Assembly (NCBI GenBank): GCA_964651815.1
Contig: CAZYWG010000009.1
Span: 601-64,600, forward strand
Direction of reading: 5' to 3'
DNA: 64,000 nucleotides
DNA from: an uncultured Gammaproteobacteria bacterium
Lineage (GTDB): Bacteria > Patescibacteriota > Microgenomatia > Levybacterales > GWA1-39-11
Shown: positions 7,585 to 17,483 of the stretch, piece by piece
How positions within the stretch are numbered: the first letter of the stretch is position 1
Layout: every line of letters begins with the position of its first letter
The notes under the pieces: model-generated
Database searches by the model: none
What the model saw: only the letters and a program-made list of their open reading frames with translations
Told to the model about the DNA's origin: nothing
Translations under genes and position numbers: made by a program

Positions 7585-7658
7585 CGGGAGCGGCGGGACT
7601 CGGACCCGTGACCTCCTCCGTGACAGGGAGGCGCTCTAACCAACTGAGCTACGCCCCC
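7585..7658 (-). tRNA. tRNA-Asp(GTC)
   Basis: GGGGGCGTAGCTCAGTTGGTTAGAGCG...; anticodon arm CCTCC-CTGTCAC-GGAGG; G73; T-loop TCCGAGT; CCA not encoded. Confidence 0.93.
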
Positions 7659-7732
7659 AAAATTAATTTGGGAGATCCTAATTTTAACAAATTGTTGAAG
7701 TTGAAGCAATCGTGAGATAAAATATCTTTGAG

Positions 7733-9499
7733 ATGACTAACCAAGATGTTGCAAAAATTCTCAGGAATGTTGCTGCTGCATTTTCTATAAAAGATGAGAA
7801 GAAGTTTATTTTCCAACTTTTGGCTTATCAAAAAGCAGCAGATACTATTTCACACCTCCCAACAGAATTAGAAGATTTGCTTAAAACTGGAGACAAAATT
7901 CCGGGGATTGGCACTTCAATACGCGCGCACCTTGAAGAACTTTACAAAAAAGGTCATGTGAAACATTTTGATGATATTTTAAAAGAGATACCTCCATCTG
8001 TTTTTCCGCTTCTTGATGTAACAGGCATGGGCCCTAAAAAAGCTTATAAACTTGTTGAAGCGCTAAAACTCAAAAATGAAAAAACTATATTTGAAGATTT
8101 AAAAAAAGCTGCAACTGACGGACGAATTGCAACACTCGAGACATTTGGCGAAAAATCCCAAAGCGATATCTTGCGTGCACTAGGTGAATTTGAACAAGGA
8201 AAAGTAAAGTCCAACAGAATGCCTTTACCTTATGCGTTTGAACTTGCTAAAAAAATCGAAGAATATCTAAAAGGGTATAAAGATGTTAAGGAAGTATTTC
8301 CGCTAGGGTCATTAAGGCGCATGCGCGACACCATTGGGGATCTTGATTTTGCTGTTGCGACCCGCGACCCACAAGGCTTGATAGAACACTTTGTGAAGTA
8401 CCCAAATATTGAAAGAGTCATTGAAAAAGGGCCAACATCCTCTTCAATTTTAGTCACCGGTGGACGTCAAGTTGACTTAATTGCTCAAACTCCAGATACA
8501 TTTGGATCACTTCTACAGCATTTTACAGGCTCGAAATATCATAATGTAGCTCTTCGCGAATATTCCTTAAAACACGGCTGGTCTCTTTCTGAAAAGGGTG
8601 TAAAGCTTTTAAAACAAAAGGGGCAACCTATGAAAAATTTCAAAACTGAAGATGAATTTTACAAATTTCTAGGAATGCAAACACCTCCTCCAGAAATTAG
8701 AGAAAATAAAGGCGAGATTGATCTTGCTTTAAAACACCAACTTCCTAAACTAGTTCAACTCTCAGATATTAAAGGCGATTTACATATTCATTCATCTTTT
8801 CCAATAGAACCTTCTCACGACATGGGAAAAAATTCTATGGAAGAAATGCTGTCTTACGCTAAAAAACTCGGATACGAATATCTTGCTTTCTCAGAACATA
8901 ATCCCAATTCAATGCTTACTCGCGACAAAACTTATTCGATTCTAGAAAAACGAAAAAAGAAAATTGAACAAATTATCGCGAGTAATAAAAGTATACGAGT
9001 ACTAAATATGCTTGAAGTTGATATTTTGCCAAGCGGTGAATTGGCAATTGATGATAAGGCACTTGAGTATATTGATGGCGCAATTGTCTCCATCCATAGC
9101 GTATTTAAAACCCCTAAATTAGAAATGACCGAGCGAGTCTTAAAAGGCTTATCGCACCCTAAAGCTCGTATACTTGCCCACCCAAGCGGAAGATTAATTA
9201 ATCAAAGAGATGGATATCAAATAGATTACGACAAAATATTTGATTTTTGTGCAAAGAATAACAAAGCCATAGAAATAAATGCTTGGCCAACAAGACTTGA
9301 CCTAACGGATTCGCTAGTTTATGAAGCAAGAAAGTTTGGCATTAAATTTACGATTGACACAGATTCTCATGCAACCAGCCACATGGACAATATGTTTTAT
9401 GGTGTAGCTGTTGCACGCCGCGGCTGGTGCGAACCAAAGGATATTTTAAACACATGGTCTTATGAAAAGTTGCATAAGTGGCTAACAGATTATAGTTAA
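7733..9499 (+). CDS. polX: DNA polymerase X family with C-terminal PHP domain
   Basis: HhH motifs, GSLRR...GDLD, HFTGSK, and PHP motifs DLHIHS, AHPSGR, DTDSH. Confidence 0.93.
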   Translation: MTNQDVAKILRNVAAAFSIKDEKKFIFQLLAYQKAADTISHLPTELEDLLKTGDKIPGIGTSIRAHLEELYKKGHVKHFDDILKEIPPSVFPLLDVTGMGPKKAYKLVEALKLKNEKTIFEDLKKAATDGRIATLETFGEKSQSDILRALGEFEQGKVKSNRMPLPYAFELAKKIEEYLKGYKDVKEVFPLGSLRRMRDTIGDLDFAVATRDPQGLIEHFVKYPNIERVIEKGPTSSSILVTGGRQVDLIAQTPDTFGSLLQHFTGSKYHNVALREYSLKHGWSLSEKGVKLLKQKGQPMKNFKTEDEFYKFLGMQTPPPEIRENKGEIDLALKHQLPKLVQLSDIKGDLHIHSSFPIEPSHDMGKNSMEEMLSYAKKLGYEYLAFSEHNPNSMLTRDKTYSILEKRKKKIEQIIASNKSIRVLNMLEVDILPSGELAIDDKALEYIDGAIVSIHSVFKTPKLEMTERVLKGLSHPKARILAHPSGRLINQRDGYQIDYDKIFDFCAKNNKAIEINAWPTRLDLTDSLVYEARKFGIKFTIDTDSHATSHMDNMFYGVAVARRGWCEPKDILNTWSYEKLHKWLTDYS

Positions 9500-9564
9500 A
9501 CTTGCTGTATACTGTAAGCTTTTCAGTTGACTTCCCGGAGCCTTTATGGCACAATACTATTACC

Positions 9565-10116
9565 ATGAATCCACTTTTTGTATTAGGAATAATAGCACTC
9601 GTCATAATTGTTTATGTCTGGTTTACATATAATAACCTCATTGTTCTTCAACAAAGAATTAAAGAAGCGTCTTCCCAAATAGATGTCCAACTAAAAAGAA
9701 GAACTGATTTAATCCCAAATCTTGTAGAGACTGTCAAAGGGTATGCGAAGCATGAAAAGGATGTTTTTGAAGACGTAACCAAGGCGCGTTCAAGTCTTAT
9801 GAAAGCAACAAGCCTCGAAGACAAGGCAAAGGCAAACAATCAAATAACAGAAGCTTTGAAGTCAATTTTTGCAGTTGCAGAGGCCTATCCGGACCTTAAG
9901 GCAAGCCAGAACTTTTTGTCACTTCAAGAAGAACTGTCTGACACAGAAAATAAAATTTCTTACTCTCGCCAATTTTACAATTCAAATGTACTGGCATTTA
10001 ACACGGCAATAAAACAATTCCCAGGTAATATATTTGCCAAGCAATTTGGTTTTTCAGAATCTGAGTTTTTTGCCGCAACTGAAGAAGAAAAAAAAGTAGT
10101 CAACGTTAAGTTTTAA
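9565..10116 (+). CDS. lemA: LemA family protein
   Basis: N-terminal [37 protein letters not shown]; ATG 9565 preferred over upstream TTG 9502. Confidence 0.95.
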   Translation: MNPLFVLGIIALVIIVYVWFTYNNLIVLQQRIKEASSQIDVQLKRRTDLIPNLVETVKGYAKHEKDVFEDVTKARSSLMKATSLEDKAKANNQITEALKSIFAVAEAYPDLKASQNFLSLQEELSDTENKISYSRQFYNSNVLAFNTAIKQFPGNIFAKQFGFSESEFFAATEEEKKVVNVKF

Positions 10117-10139
10117 ACCCTTCTGCTTCCATCAAAACT

Positions 10140-11039
10140 ATGGCAGTGAAAACTATTTACACAAGTATTGCCTCTAACAAGATAAGAACCTGGATTATTA
10201 TGGTACTTTTTGTGGCCTTCTTTATTATTGTTTCATATTTTCTTGGACAAGCGCTCGGATACGGCCTTTCCATTGTTGGTATTGCACTTATTCTTTCTGG
10301 TGTCATGTCATTTTTCTCGTTTTACAATTCGGACAAACTAGTTCTCTCAATTTCCGGAGCAAAAGAAGCAGATAAAAAAACTTACCACGCTTTGTATACA
10401 ACTGTAGAAAATCTATCAATTGGCGCCGGCCTTCCTATGCCAAAGGTTTATGTTGTCCCTGATCCGTCCCCTAATGCTTTTGCAACGGGGCGTGACCCAA
10501 AGCACGCGGCGGTTTGTGCAACAACCGGGCTTCTTGATAGGTTAAATAACGCCGAATTAGAAGGGGTTATAGGTCACGAACTCTCCCACGTTGGAAATTA
10601 TGACACAAGACTTATGGGTGTTGTTTCAATCCTGGTTGGATCTATCGCAATTATGGCTAATATTTTTATGAGATCAATGTGGTTTCGCGGGCGAGACAGC
10701 GAACGGGGCAATAGTGCTGCAATTTTTATGATTATAGGACTTGTATTAGCAATTCTTGCGCCTATTGCTGCATCTTTGATCCAACTTGCCATATCGCGTA
10801 GACGAGAATACCTAGCCGACGCTGATGGAGCACTTTTGACTCGATATCCTGACGGCCTTGCCGATGCTCTCGAGAAAATTTCAAAAGACCCGAATCCTGT
10901 TATGCACGCAACAGCAGGCACCGCACATTTTTATATTTCAGACCCATTCAAAGGAAAAAATGTTGCAGGCTTTTTTACAAACCTCTTTTCAACTCACCCT
11001 CCAATTGAAGACAGAATAAAAATATTAAGGGCTATGTGA
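10140..11039 (+). CDS. htpX: Membrane zinc protease HtpX (M48)
   Basis: PNAFATG, HELSH (HExxH), SRRREYLAD, STHPP; canonical lemA-htpX pair. Confidence 0.95.
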   Translation: MAVKTIYTSIASNKIRTWIIMVLFVAFFIIVSYFLGQALGYGLSIVGIALILSGVMSFFSFYNSDKLVLSISGAKEADKKTYHALYTTVENLSIGAGLPMPKVYVVPDPSPNAFATGRDPKHAAVCATTGLLDRLNNAELEGVIGHELSHVGNYDTRLMGVVSILVGSIAIMANIFMRSMWFRGRDSERGNSAAIFMIIGLVLAILAPIAASLIQLAISRRREYLADADGALLTRYPDGLADALEKISKDPNPVMHATAGTAHFYISDPFKGKNVAGFFTNLFSTHPPIEDRIKILRAM

Positions 11040-11052
11040 TTTTGTTAAAAAA

Positions 11053-11079
11053 TCACCCTGAGCGTTAGCGAAGGGTCTC
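11053..11079 (+). repeat. REP-like short palindromic element
   Basis: TCACCCTGAGCGTTAGCGAAGGGTCTC resembles the widespread GTCA.CCTGAGCG..AGCGAAGG.TCT intergenic element; single copy in the window. Confidence 0.4.
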
Positions 11080-11095
11080 CTGTTATAATATTTAT

Positions 11096-12400
11096 ATGAA
11101 TTTTTTTCTAGTTCTTCTCGGAAAGCTTATTTTGTGGTTTTCTAAAACTTTCAACCTGGGTTCGGGTTCCACTTGGCCTGGACATATCGCAATGGAAACA
11201 AACCCCCAGTTTGTGCGTGAAATTCTTAAAAATAATCCCAATCTTAACGTAGTTTTAATAGCTGGAACCAATGGAAAAACAACCACATCTCTCATGCTTC
11301 AAAAAATGCTTGAAGAATCAAATCTCAAAGTTTTTAGAAACGAAGCCGGGGCAAATCTTCTTAACGGTATTGCTTCAACCATAATTTCAAATTCAAACTT
11401 ATTAGGGAAACTCAACTTTGACGCGGCAATCCTTGAAGTGGATGAGAACAATCTCCCACTTGCACTTATTGAATTCAAAGACTGTAAATTATCTGTAGTT
11501 TTGTTGAATCTATTTCGCGATCAACTCGACAGGTACGGTGAAGTGAATTCTATTGCCAAAAAATGGGATGAGGCGCTTCGTAAACTCCCAATCAGTGCTA
11601 CTATTTTCACCAATGGAGATGACCCAAAGCTTTCTGATGTGGTAAATGATTCAACTCTGGTCAGGTATTGTTTTGGAGTTGATGAAAGCCTTATGAAGAA
11701 AGGCCAGCCGGGATATGACGTTGACTTTATATATTGCCCTAATTGCTCAACCAAACTTAACTTTTCAAAGGTTTCATATTCTCATCTCGGAAAATTTATT
11801 TGTCCAAATTGTGGTTATACAAACCCTGAGACTGCAACCTTTTCATCCCTACCCCACCCGCTAGTTGGCCTTTACAACATTTACAATGAAAACGCAGCGG
11901 CTCTTGTTGCAAATAAAGCATTTGACGTTACTAAAGAAACTATACACAAGGCGATGGAAGGCTTTAAACCAGCTTTTGGCCGTCAAGAAACGATAAAGTA
12001 CAAAAACCGCGACGTTATAATGTTACTTTCCAAAAATCCGGCGGGATTTAACCAATCTATTGAAGCTGTAAATGACTTTAATAAAAAAGGGAATGTTTTA
12101 CTCGCTTTGAATGACAGGATCCCCGACGGCCGTGACGTCTCATGGATTTGGGACGTGGACATGGAAAACATCACTTCTGACAAAGAGATATTTATCACAG
12201 GCGACCGAGTTTATGATATGGCTTTGAGAATCAAATATTTAGGAGACAGAAAACTTGATACCAACATCTTTCCTAACCTTTTGGACGCGATTGAGGAAGC
12301 AATAAGACAGACCAAACCTGATGAGACTTTATTTATTCTTCCAACGTATTCTGCAATGTTAGACGCACGAAAAATTTTAACAGGGAAGAAGATTTTATAA
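11096..12400 (+). CDS. murT: Lipid II isoglutaminyl synthase subunit MurT (Mur ligase + DUF1727)
   Basis: GTNGKTTT, LNLFRDQLDRYGE, CPNC...CPNC Zn finger, DGRDVSWIWD, PTYSAML. Confidence 0.92.
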   Translation: MNFFLVLLGKLILWFSKTFNLGSGSTWPGHIAMETNPQFVREILKNNPNLNVVLIAGTNGKTTTSLMLQKMLEESNLKVFRNEAGANLLNGIASTIISNSNLLGKLNFDAAILEVDENNLPLALIEFKDCKLSVVLLNLFRDQLDRYGEVNSIAKKWDEALRKLPISATIFTNGDDPKLSDVVNDSTLVRYCFGVDESLMKKGQPGYDVDFIYCPNCSTKLNFSKVSYSHLGKFICPNCGYTNPETATFSSLPHPLVGLYNIYNENAAALVANKAFDVTKETIHKAMEGFKPAFGRQETIKYKNRDVIMLLSKNPAGFNQSIEAVNDFNKKGNVLLALNDRIPDGRDVSWIWDVDMENITSDKEIFITGDRVYDMALRIKYLGDRKLDTNIFPNLLDAIEEAIRQTKPDETLFILPTYSAMLDARKILTGKKIL

Positions 12401-12402
12401 CT

Positions 12403-13392
12403 ATGGACACAAATCAATTTGACTATCAAGAATTTTTAAAAAAGAGGCACGCGAGATTCAATACGCCAGAAGAGTTAATTTCAAAAACAATTAAAAAAGC
12501 AACAGGACAAGATATTGCTGAAAAAAATAAGCTGATCGTTGGCGAGACAAATGAAGTTTTTGATATCAAACTCAGAAATGGAAAAGAAGTTATCCTTAGA
12601 ATTTTTCATGGTACACAAAACAAATTCATAAATGAAAAATGGGCAATGAATGAAGTTGCAAGTCACGGCGTACCGGTTGCCCGAATCCTTTCAATAGATG
12701 AAGAAAAAATTGCGGAGAATAATTTCATCCTGTGCGTTATGACAAAAATCCCGGGTTTACCTTTATCAGAGTCAGAGAATTTTAAAAATCGAGATTTTGC
12801 AAAAAAAATAATTACACAAACTGGCAGTATTGTAAGTAAAATTCACGAGGTTAAAACCCGCGGGTTTGGAGAGCTGTTAAATGGCGGCGTAGGAGAACAC
12901 AAGAGTTATGAGGAATGGATTAAGAAAATAATTAACAAGAAATCTATTTACATTGAGGTTGCAGAGAAAAATGATTTTGAGAAGGACAAAATTGGGCGTG
13001 CGGTTGACGTTCTGGTAGATAAGATAAATTTATTTTCGGGTGAGACGGCCGTTCTTTGCCACAGCGATCTTGCTCCAAAACATGTAATGGTAAATAATGG
13101 CAAAATAACCGGGATTATAGATTTTGGAAACTGTCATGGCGGCTCTCCAGTGCATGATTTTGCATGGTGGCAATACTGGCACCAAAATTATGACGAGATT
13201 GAATGGTTAAAGGCGGGATATCTAAATAAAACGATATTCGACGACAATTTTGAAACTAAATTTCATTTTCTAAAAATACTGATCTCGCTAGAGCTCTTGC
13301 ATTGGAATCATGACGTTGAACATTTAAAAGGTGTTGAGATATCTAAGGAAAATATTACAGAGGACGTAAAATATTTTTATGAAAAAAACTAA
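12403..13392 (+). CDS. Aminoglycoside-phosphotransferase/choline-kinase-like kinase
   Basis: GETNEV, GVPVAR, HSDLAPKHV (Brenner-like motif) and IIDFG. Confidence 0.8.
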   Translation: MDTNQFDYQEFLKKRHARFNTPEELISKTIKKATGQDIAEKNKLIVGETNEVFDIKLRNGKEVILRIFHGTQNKFINEKWAMNEVASHGVPVARILSIDEEKIAENNFILCVMTKIPGLPLSESENFKNRDFAKKIITQTGSIVSKIHEVKTRGFGELLNGGVGEHKSYEEWIKKIINKKSIYIEVAEKNDFEKDKIGRAVDVLVDKINLFSGETAVLCHSDLAPKHVMVNNGKITGIIDFGNCHGGSPVHDFAWWQYWHQNYDEIEWLKAGYLNKTIFDDNFETKFHFLKILISLELLHWNHDVEHLKGVEISKENITEDVKYFYEKN

Positions 13393-14155
13393 ATATTCAC
13401 TAACAATTGGATGGTTATATCCAGATTTAATGAACACATATGGTGATAGGGGTAATATTATTGTGCTTCAAAAACGCGCCGAATGGCGAGGAATCAGCGT
13501 AAAACTTGAACAAATATTTGTTAGCTCTGATTCCCAAAGTCTTAAGTCCTCCGATCTAATATTCATGGGTGGCGCTCAAGATACTCAGCAAGAAATAGTA
13601 AACCAGGATCTACAAAAAGAAAAAGGTAAGACTCTCATTGAGAAAATAGACAACGGGACGCCCGGATTATTCATTTGCGGCGCATACCAATTCCTGGGAA
13701 AATATTATAAAACAGCCGATGGGAAAGAATTAAAAGGACTGGGCCTCTTCCCGCTCTTCACAGAAAATCCAGGAGAAAACGCAAAGAGATTGATTGGAAA
13801 CGTTTTAGTCGAACCCAACAAAGCTCTTAAGTCTTCAGTCATAAATCTAAAATCACCATTAGTAGGATTTGAAAACCACGGCGGACGCACATATCTTGAT
13901 GACAAATCAATGTCCCTTGGAACGGTTGTTAATGGTCATGGAAATAACGCAAAAGATAAAACAGAAGGGATAGTTTATAAAAACGCTTTCGGTACATATC
14001 TTCATGGCCCAATCCTGCCCAAAAATCCACAGCTAGCCGATTTATTGTTAACTTTTGCGCTTGAACAAAAATATAAAGAAAAATTCCACCTAGAACCATT
14101 AGACGACTCGATTGAGACAAAAGCGCGAGAGGCAATTATTGTAAAATTAAGCTGA
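13379..14155 (+). CDS. gatD: Glutamine amidotransferase subunit GatD of MurT/GatD (CobQ-like)
   Basis: LYPDLMNTYGDRGN, ICGAYQ, GFENH, GTYLHGPILPKNP. Confidence 0.92.
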   Translation: MKKTKYSLTIGWLYPDLMNTYGDRGNIIVLQKRAEWRGISVKLEQIFVSSDSQSLKSSDLIFMGGAQDTQQEIVNQDLQKEKGKTLIEKIDNGTPGLFICGAYQFLGKYYKTADGKELKGLGLFPLFTENPGENAKRLIGNVLVEPNKALKSSVINLKSPLVGFENHGGRTYLDDKSMSLGTVVNGHGNNAKDKTEGIVYKNAFGTYLHGPILPKNPQLADLLLTFALEQKYKEKFHLEPLDDSIETKAREAIIVKLS

Positions 14156-14728
14156 CCTTACCACGTCTTCTAATTTTTTAAATCCGTATGTAATAGTAAA
14201 ATCTATAAGAGCGTGCCTTATTCTTCCTTCTGGACCTTCCATCAAATCTCTGCTTGGATAAAGAAGATATATTTTTGGAGCTTCACTCCCAATAGATCCA
14301 TATACGTATTGGTTGGGATCGGAAATGTGCTCCAGAAAAGGAGATTTGTCCCCTATTTTTAAAATATAGTATTCAGATAAAGCTCTATAAAGGTCTAGCC
14401 GATCTCTTCCCGGAGCCTCTTGAAGTGGACCCCCATTTATAATCTTAGTAGCTGTAACCAACGAGGGAACTTCTTTATTACCATCAGGAATTGCCATTGT
14501 TACGCTACTGTGGGGAGCAACATTTATTCCAAATTCTCCTAAAAGCTTAAATTCATTTTCAACCTTTTCTGCTTTGGCAATCTGGTCTTCAATTTTTCCA
14601 TATCCTCTTTTCAAATGAAACTCTTTTCCGAAAAATCGTCTTGTTCTGACATGGGCATATGTCGAATCATTTTCGTATTTTATTGTTTTACCTTTTAATG
14701 GCGAATGCGGCCAACTTTCATGTCTCAT
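14147..14728 (-). CDS. Hypothetical protein, possibly a degenerate kinase-like fold
   Basis: 193 aa ORF 1 nt downstream of the 14730-15776 gene; F..L.EFGINV...KIINGGPL...FLEHI...QYVYG...IYLLY pattern. Confidence 0.55.
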   Translation of the reverse strand: MRHESWPHSPLKGKTIKYENDSTYAHVRTRRFFGKEFHLKRGYGKIEDQIAKAEKVENEFKLLGEFGINVAPHSSVTMAIPDGNKEVPSLVTATKIINGGPLQEAPGRDRLDLYRALSEYYILKIGDKSPFLEHISDPNQYVYGSIGSEAPKIYLLYPSRDLMEGPEGRIRHALIDFTITYGFKKLEDVVRSA

Positions 14729-14729
14729 A

Positions 14730-15776
14730 TTAAATTTTTAGATTATTAAATTGCTCATTAAGACCAAACTCTCCTACGTAAGGTGTTTTAATTATTTCAT
14801 TTACACGTGCGATTCTATCATCTTCAGGCAATTTACCACTTGCAATTTCTTCGTCTACTCTCCTTATTGCCCACGAAAACTTGGCAATAGCCACCTCGTG
14901 ACTCATACCGATTGCTGAAACTCCACCACATAGATTGATGATGCTTTCGCCGCGCAATAATTGGAGAGCAGAATCACGATCAGCGATTACTTTTGACGTC
15001 AACATCACAGGTATATTATTTCTTACTAATTCGGAAATTAGAGGTACGAAAGAATACTCTCCGCGCGTAGGAATATTCCAGGCAACAGATTCAATCACAA
15101 CCCCACGACTATTCAAACTTTCTCGATAGAATTCTGGCTCTAGACCCGGCGTTATAGGAATTACAGATATTTTTGTTTCAAAATCATTATGAAATGTATC
15201 TTCACCATCCATGTCTCTTTCTTGAATATTTTTTATGTAAACTCCGTCTGCACCTATCTCTCCAAGATAATCAAAGGGTTTTCCTGGCGTTTCGTAAAGA
15301 ACCGAAGTAGAACGTCCGTAATTTTGGATTCTACAGGTTGTTGCCCTTAATATGCGATCTTCGAATGCAACAACAACTTCATTGAAAGGTGTTTGCGCAG
15401 TGATAACACCCTTAACAAATTCTTCTCGTGCTTTACTGTGGCCATATTCCGCGGAAATATTGGATCCGGTAACAACGACAGTTTTATCAAGATTTGGGCC
15501 AAAAGCAAAAGCCAATCTTGGAGCGACATACTGGATATCAACTGCTCTTGTGGTAACAACAAAACCTGAGGCTTCACTTGTATGAATTGTGTCTGCCACT
15601 TGCTTAGCTAGTTCAACAATGCCCATTCTAGAATCGGCCAAGTTAACCACCTCAACATTGGGCATTTCTCGCAAATGCGGAGAAACTTCAAACGGGTGAG
15701 CAAAACCGGTGCGTATTCGATTTATTTCACCAGGCGTATTTATAATATTTATTACTGGAGCTTCTGCCCTAACCAT
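14730..15776 (-). CDS. L-asparaginase-fold protein with degenerate active site
   Basis: GFVVT...VVVTGSN, EVVVAF, ITPG, GVVIE, IPVMLTS, MSHEVAIAK match the AnsA fold, but TGGT is TPGE and HGTDT is TRAVD. Confidence 0.75.
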   Translation of the reverse strand: MVRAEAPVINIINTPGEINRIRTGFAHPFEVSPHLREMPNVEVVNLADSRMGIVELAKQVADTIHTSEASGFVVTTRAVDIQYVAPRLAFAFGPNLDKTVVVTGSNISAEYGHSKAREEFVKGVITAQTPFNEVVVAFEDRILRATTCRIQNYGRSTSVLYETPGKPFDYLGEIGADGVYIKNIQERDMDGEDTFHNDFETKISVIPITPGLEPEFYRESLNSRGVVIESVAWNIPTRGEYSFVPLISELVRNNIPVMLTSKVIADRDSALQLLRGESIINLCGGVSAIGMSHEVAIAKFSWAIRRVDEEIASGKLPEDDRIARVNEIIKTPYVGEFGLNEQFNNLKI

Positions 15777-15876
15777 GATCCAATTCTAACACTTTTCGAA
15801 CTCACAATCAATGCTATAGGATTAAATCTACTATTAACTCTAGATTGTTTTTATGATAATTTGATAAAATTCAATT

Positions 15877-16488
15877 ATGGACAGCGACCAAGAGGTAAAA
15901 GCAGGAATGCCACCACCCGAATCGCCTTTTTCCCTTGCCGATCTTGAGAGGATATCGAACGAACTTAGAGAAAAGCTCCACGATATCACGATGGCAAAAG
16001 GTAGTGATTACGCTGAATCACATTTAACCCAACAACAAGCATATGAAGATTTTATAAACGACCAGCTGAAAAATAACAAAGATCGTTACGATCACATTTT
16101 TAAAACGGAGCCTGGATCAATATACTTCACTACAATTAGTGGGGAATCTCTTAGAATAAGAATGGATGAAGAAAGGGGATGGCAACTTCAGTTTCCCGAA
16201 AGAAGAATTATTTTCGTGGATGAGGAAGAACGAATAAGACTTCGTGGTCTAGTAAATGATAGACATTTTCCAAGAAACTTCGATGGTCAATCAATAAGAA
16301 AAACTTCCTTTGGGATCGGGGCTGTCCCAATAGAATTTGGAATTGTAGAACACGCCAAAAGAGTTGCGCAGTTAACGCCATTCACCGAAACACTAGGATC
16401 GTTAACCTTTGGAGAACAATCTCTTGATACAGACTTAATGACAAACGGATTTCACAGGGGCCATCCTATAACTCAAATTATAAAATAA
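15877..16488 (+). CDS. Hypothetical protein
   Basis: 203 aa ORF with TGATAAAAT 6 nt before the ATG; FKTEPGSIYF and C-terminal HRGHPIT motifs. Confidence 0.7.
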   Translation: MDSDQEVKAGMPPPESPFSLADLERISNELREKLHDITMAKGSDYAESHLTQQQAYEDFINDQLKNNKDRYDHIFKTEPGSIYFTTISGESLRIRMDEERGWQLQFPERRIIFVDEEERIRLRGLVNDRHFPRNFDGQSIRKTSFGIGAVPIEFGIVEHAKRVAQLTPFTETLGSLTFGEQSLDTDLMTNGFHRGHPITQIIK

Positions 16489-16493
16489 GCCTC

Positions 16494-17081
16494 CTAGTCT
16501 TTAAGCCCTCCCGTTTGTTGTCTCCTGACATAGATATAAATACTAAATAGTCCATTAGCTAAAACCCAAGTCAACGGATAAAGATATGTGACTATGGTAT
16601 ATCTTTTCAAAGCATAAAGTGCCAATATAAATCTAATCGTATTAACTATGTAGCTGGTAAGCGTTTCAGTGTGAGGCTTATTCCAAGACTTTCTGATTGT
16701 CGGAATAAAGCTCAACATGTCAATTGAAGAGACGAGCACAACTGAAATAACCGGTTGTTTAGCAAAAACCCAAATGACGATTGCAACTAGAGCAAGTAAA
16801 AGAAGTATAGTGTCTGACTGAGTAATATCTTTGTCGCCAATCCTCAATCCTAAAAGGAAAATTACAAAACAAACAATCGCAGCAGCAAGAGTCACAAAAG
16901 CACCAAATCCCGCACCGGCACTCACCTGTAGCGCAAAAGCAATTGCGGTAACTAAGCTCCACAAGAACCAAGTGTAAATGTGTGGTTTTGTATTACCTTT
17001 GATAGTATCCCTAATATAGGGAACGTAACCTACAAACGTAAGAATTACGGCAATTACTCCCACAAAATCTTTGATTGTCAT
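16494..17081 (-). CDS. Membrane protein with duplicated PQ-loop/SemiSWEET-like hairpins
   Basis: About 7 TM; repeated xPxIR...KPH motifs (VPYIRDTIKGNTKPH; IPTIRKSWNKPH). Confidence 0.65.
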   Translation of the reverse strand: MTIKDFVGVIAVILTFVGYVPYIRDTIKGNTKPHIYTWFLWSLVTAIAFALQVSAGAGFGAFVTLAAAIVCFVIFLLGLRIGDKDITQSDTILLLLALVAIVIWVFAKQPVISVVLVSSIDMLSFIPTIRKSWNKPHTETLTSYIVNTIRFILALYALKRYTIVTYLYPLTWVLANGLFSIYIYVRRQQTGGLKD

Positions 17082-17195
17082 TAATTAATTCTAACACAAG
17101 AAGATCAAATGAGGCTAGTTGTGCCTGAGTTACATATATTATAGGTCTCCAAAGCTACGCTTGTTTCTAGGCTCCAAACTCAATATAATAAACAC

Positions 17196-17480
17196 ATGAA
17201 AATTGACGTAAAACACACGGCAAAGCTTGCAAGCCTTACCCTCTCAAATAGTGAGCTTGAAAAGTTTGAAAAACAACTTGAAGAAACACTTTCCTACATT
17301 GAAAACCTCAGTGAGATAGATACGTCAAAAACAGAAGCAACCAACCAAGTTACCGGACTTGAAAATATTACGCGCGAAGATATAGCGGCTCCTTCTCTGA
17401 CCCAAGAAGATGCTTTGTCAAACACAAAATCGCAACATAACGGTTTTTTTATGGTTGATGCAATTCTTGATAATGAGTAG
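17196..17480 (+). CDS. gatC: Asp/Glu-tRNA amidotransferase subunit C
   Basis: DVKHTAKLASL...ENITRED...GFFMV; upstream of gatA and gatB. Confidence 0.93.
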   Translation: MKIDVKHTAKLASLTLSNSELEKFEKQLEETLSYIENLSEIDTSKTEATNQVTGLENITREDIAAPSLTQEDALSNTKSQHNGFFMVDAILDNE

Positions 17481-17483
17481 TCT

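Noticed and set aside
12403-13392. Calling the kinase an aminoglycoside resistance gene
   Set aside because: Only superfamily motifs are visible; no recognisable APH subclass and no mobile context.
14730-15776. Archaeal-type GatD (GatDE) call for the asparaginase-like gene near gatCAB
   Set aside because: Lacks the catalytic threonines and the GatD N-terminal domain, and no gatE is present.
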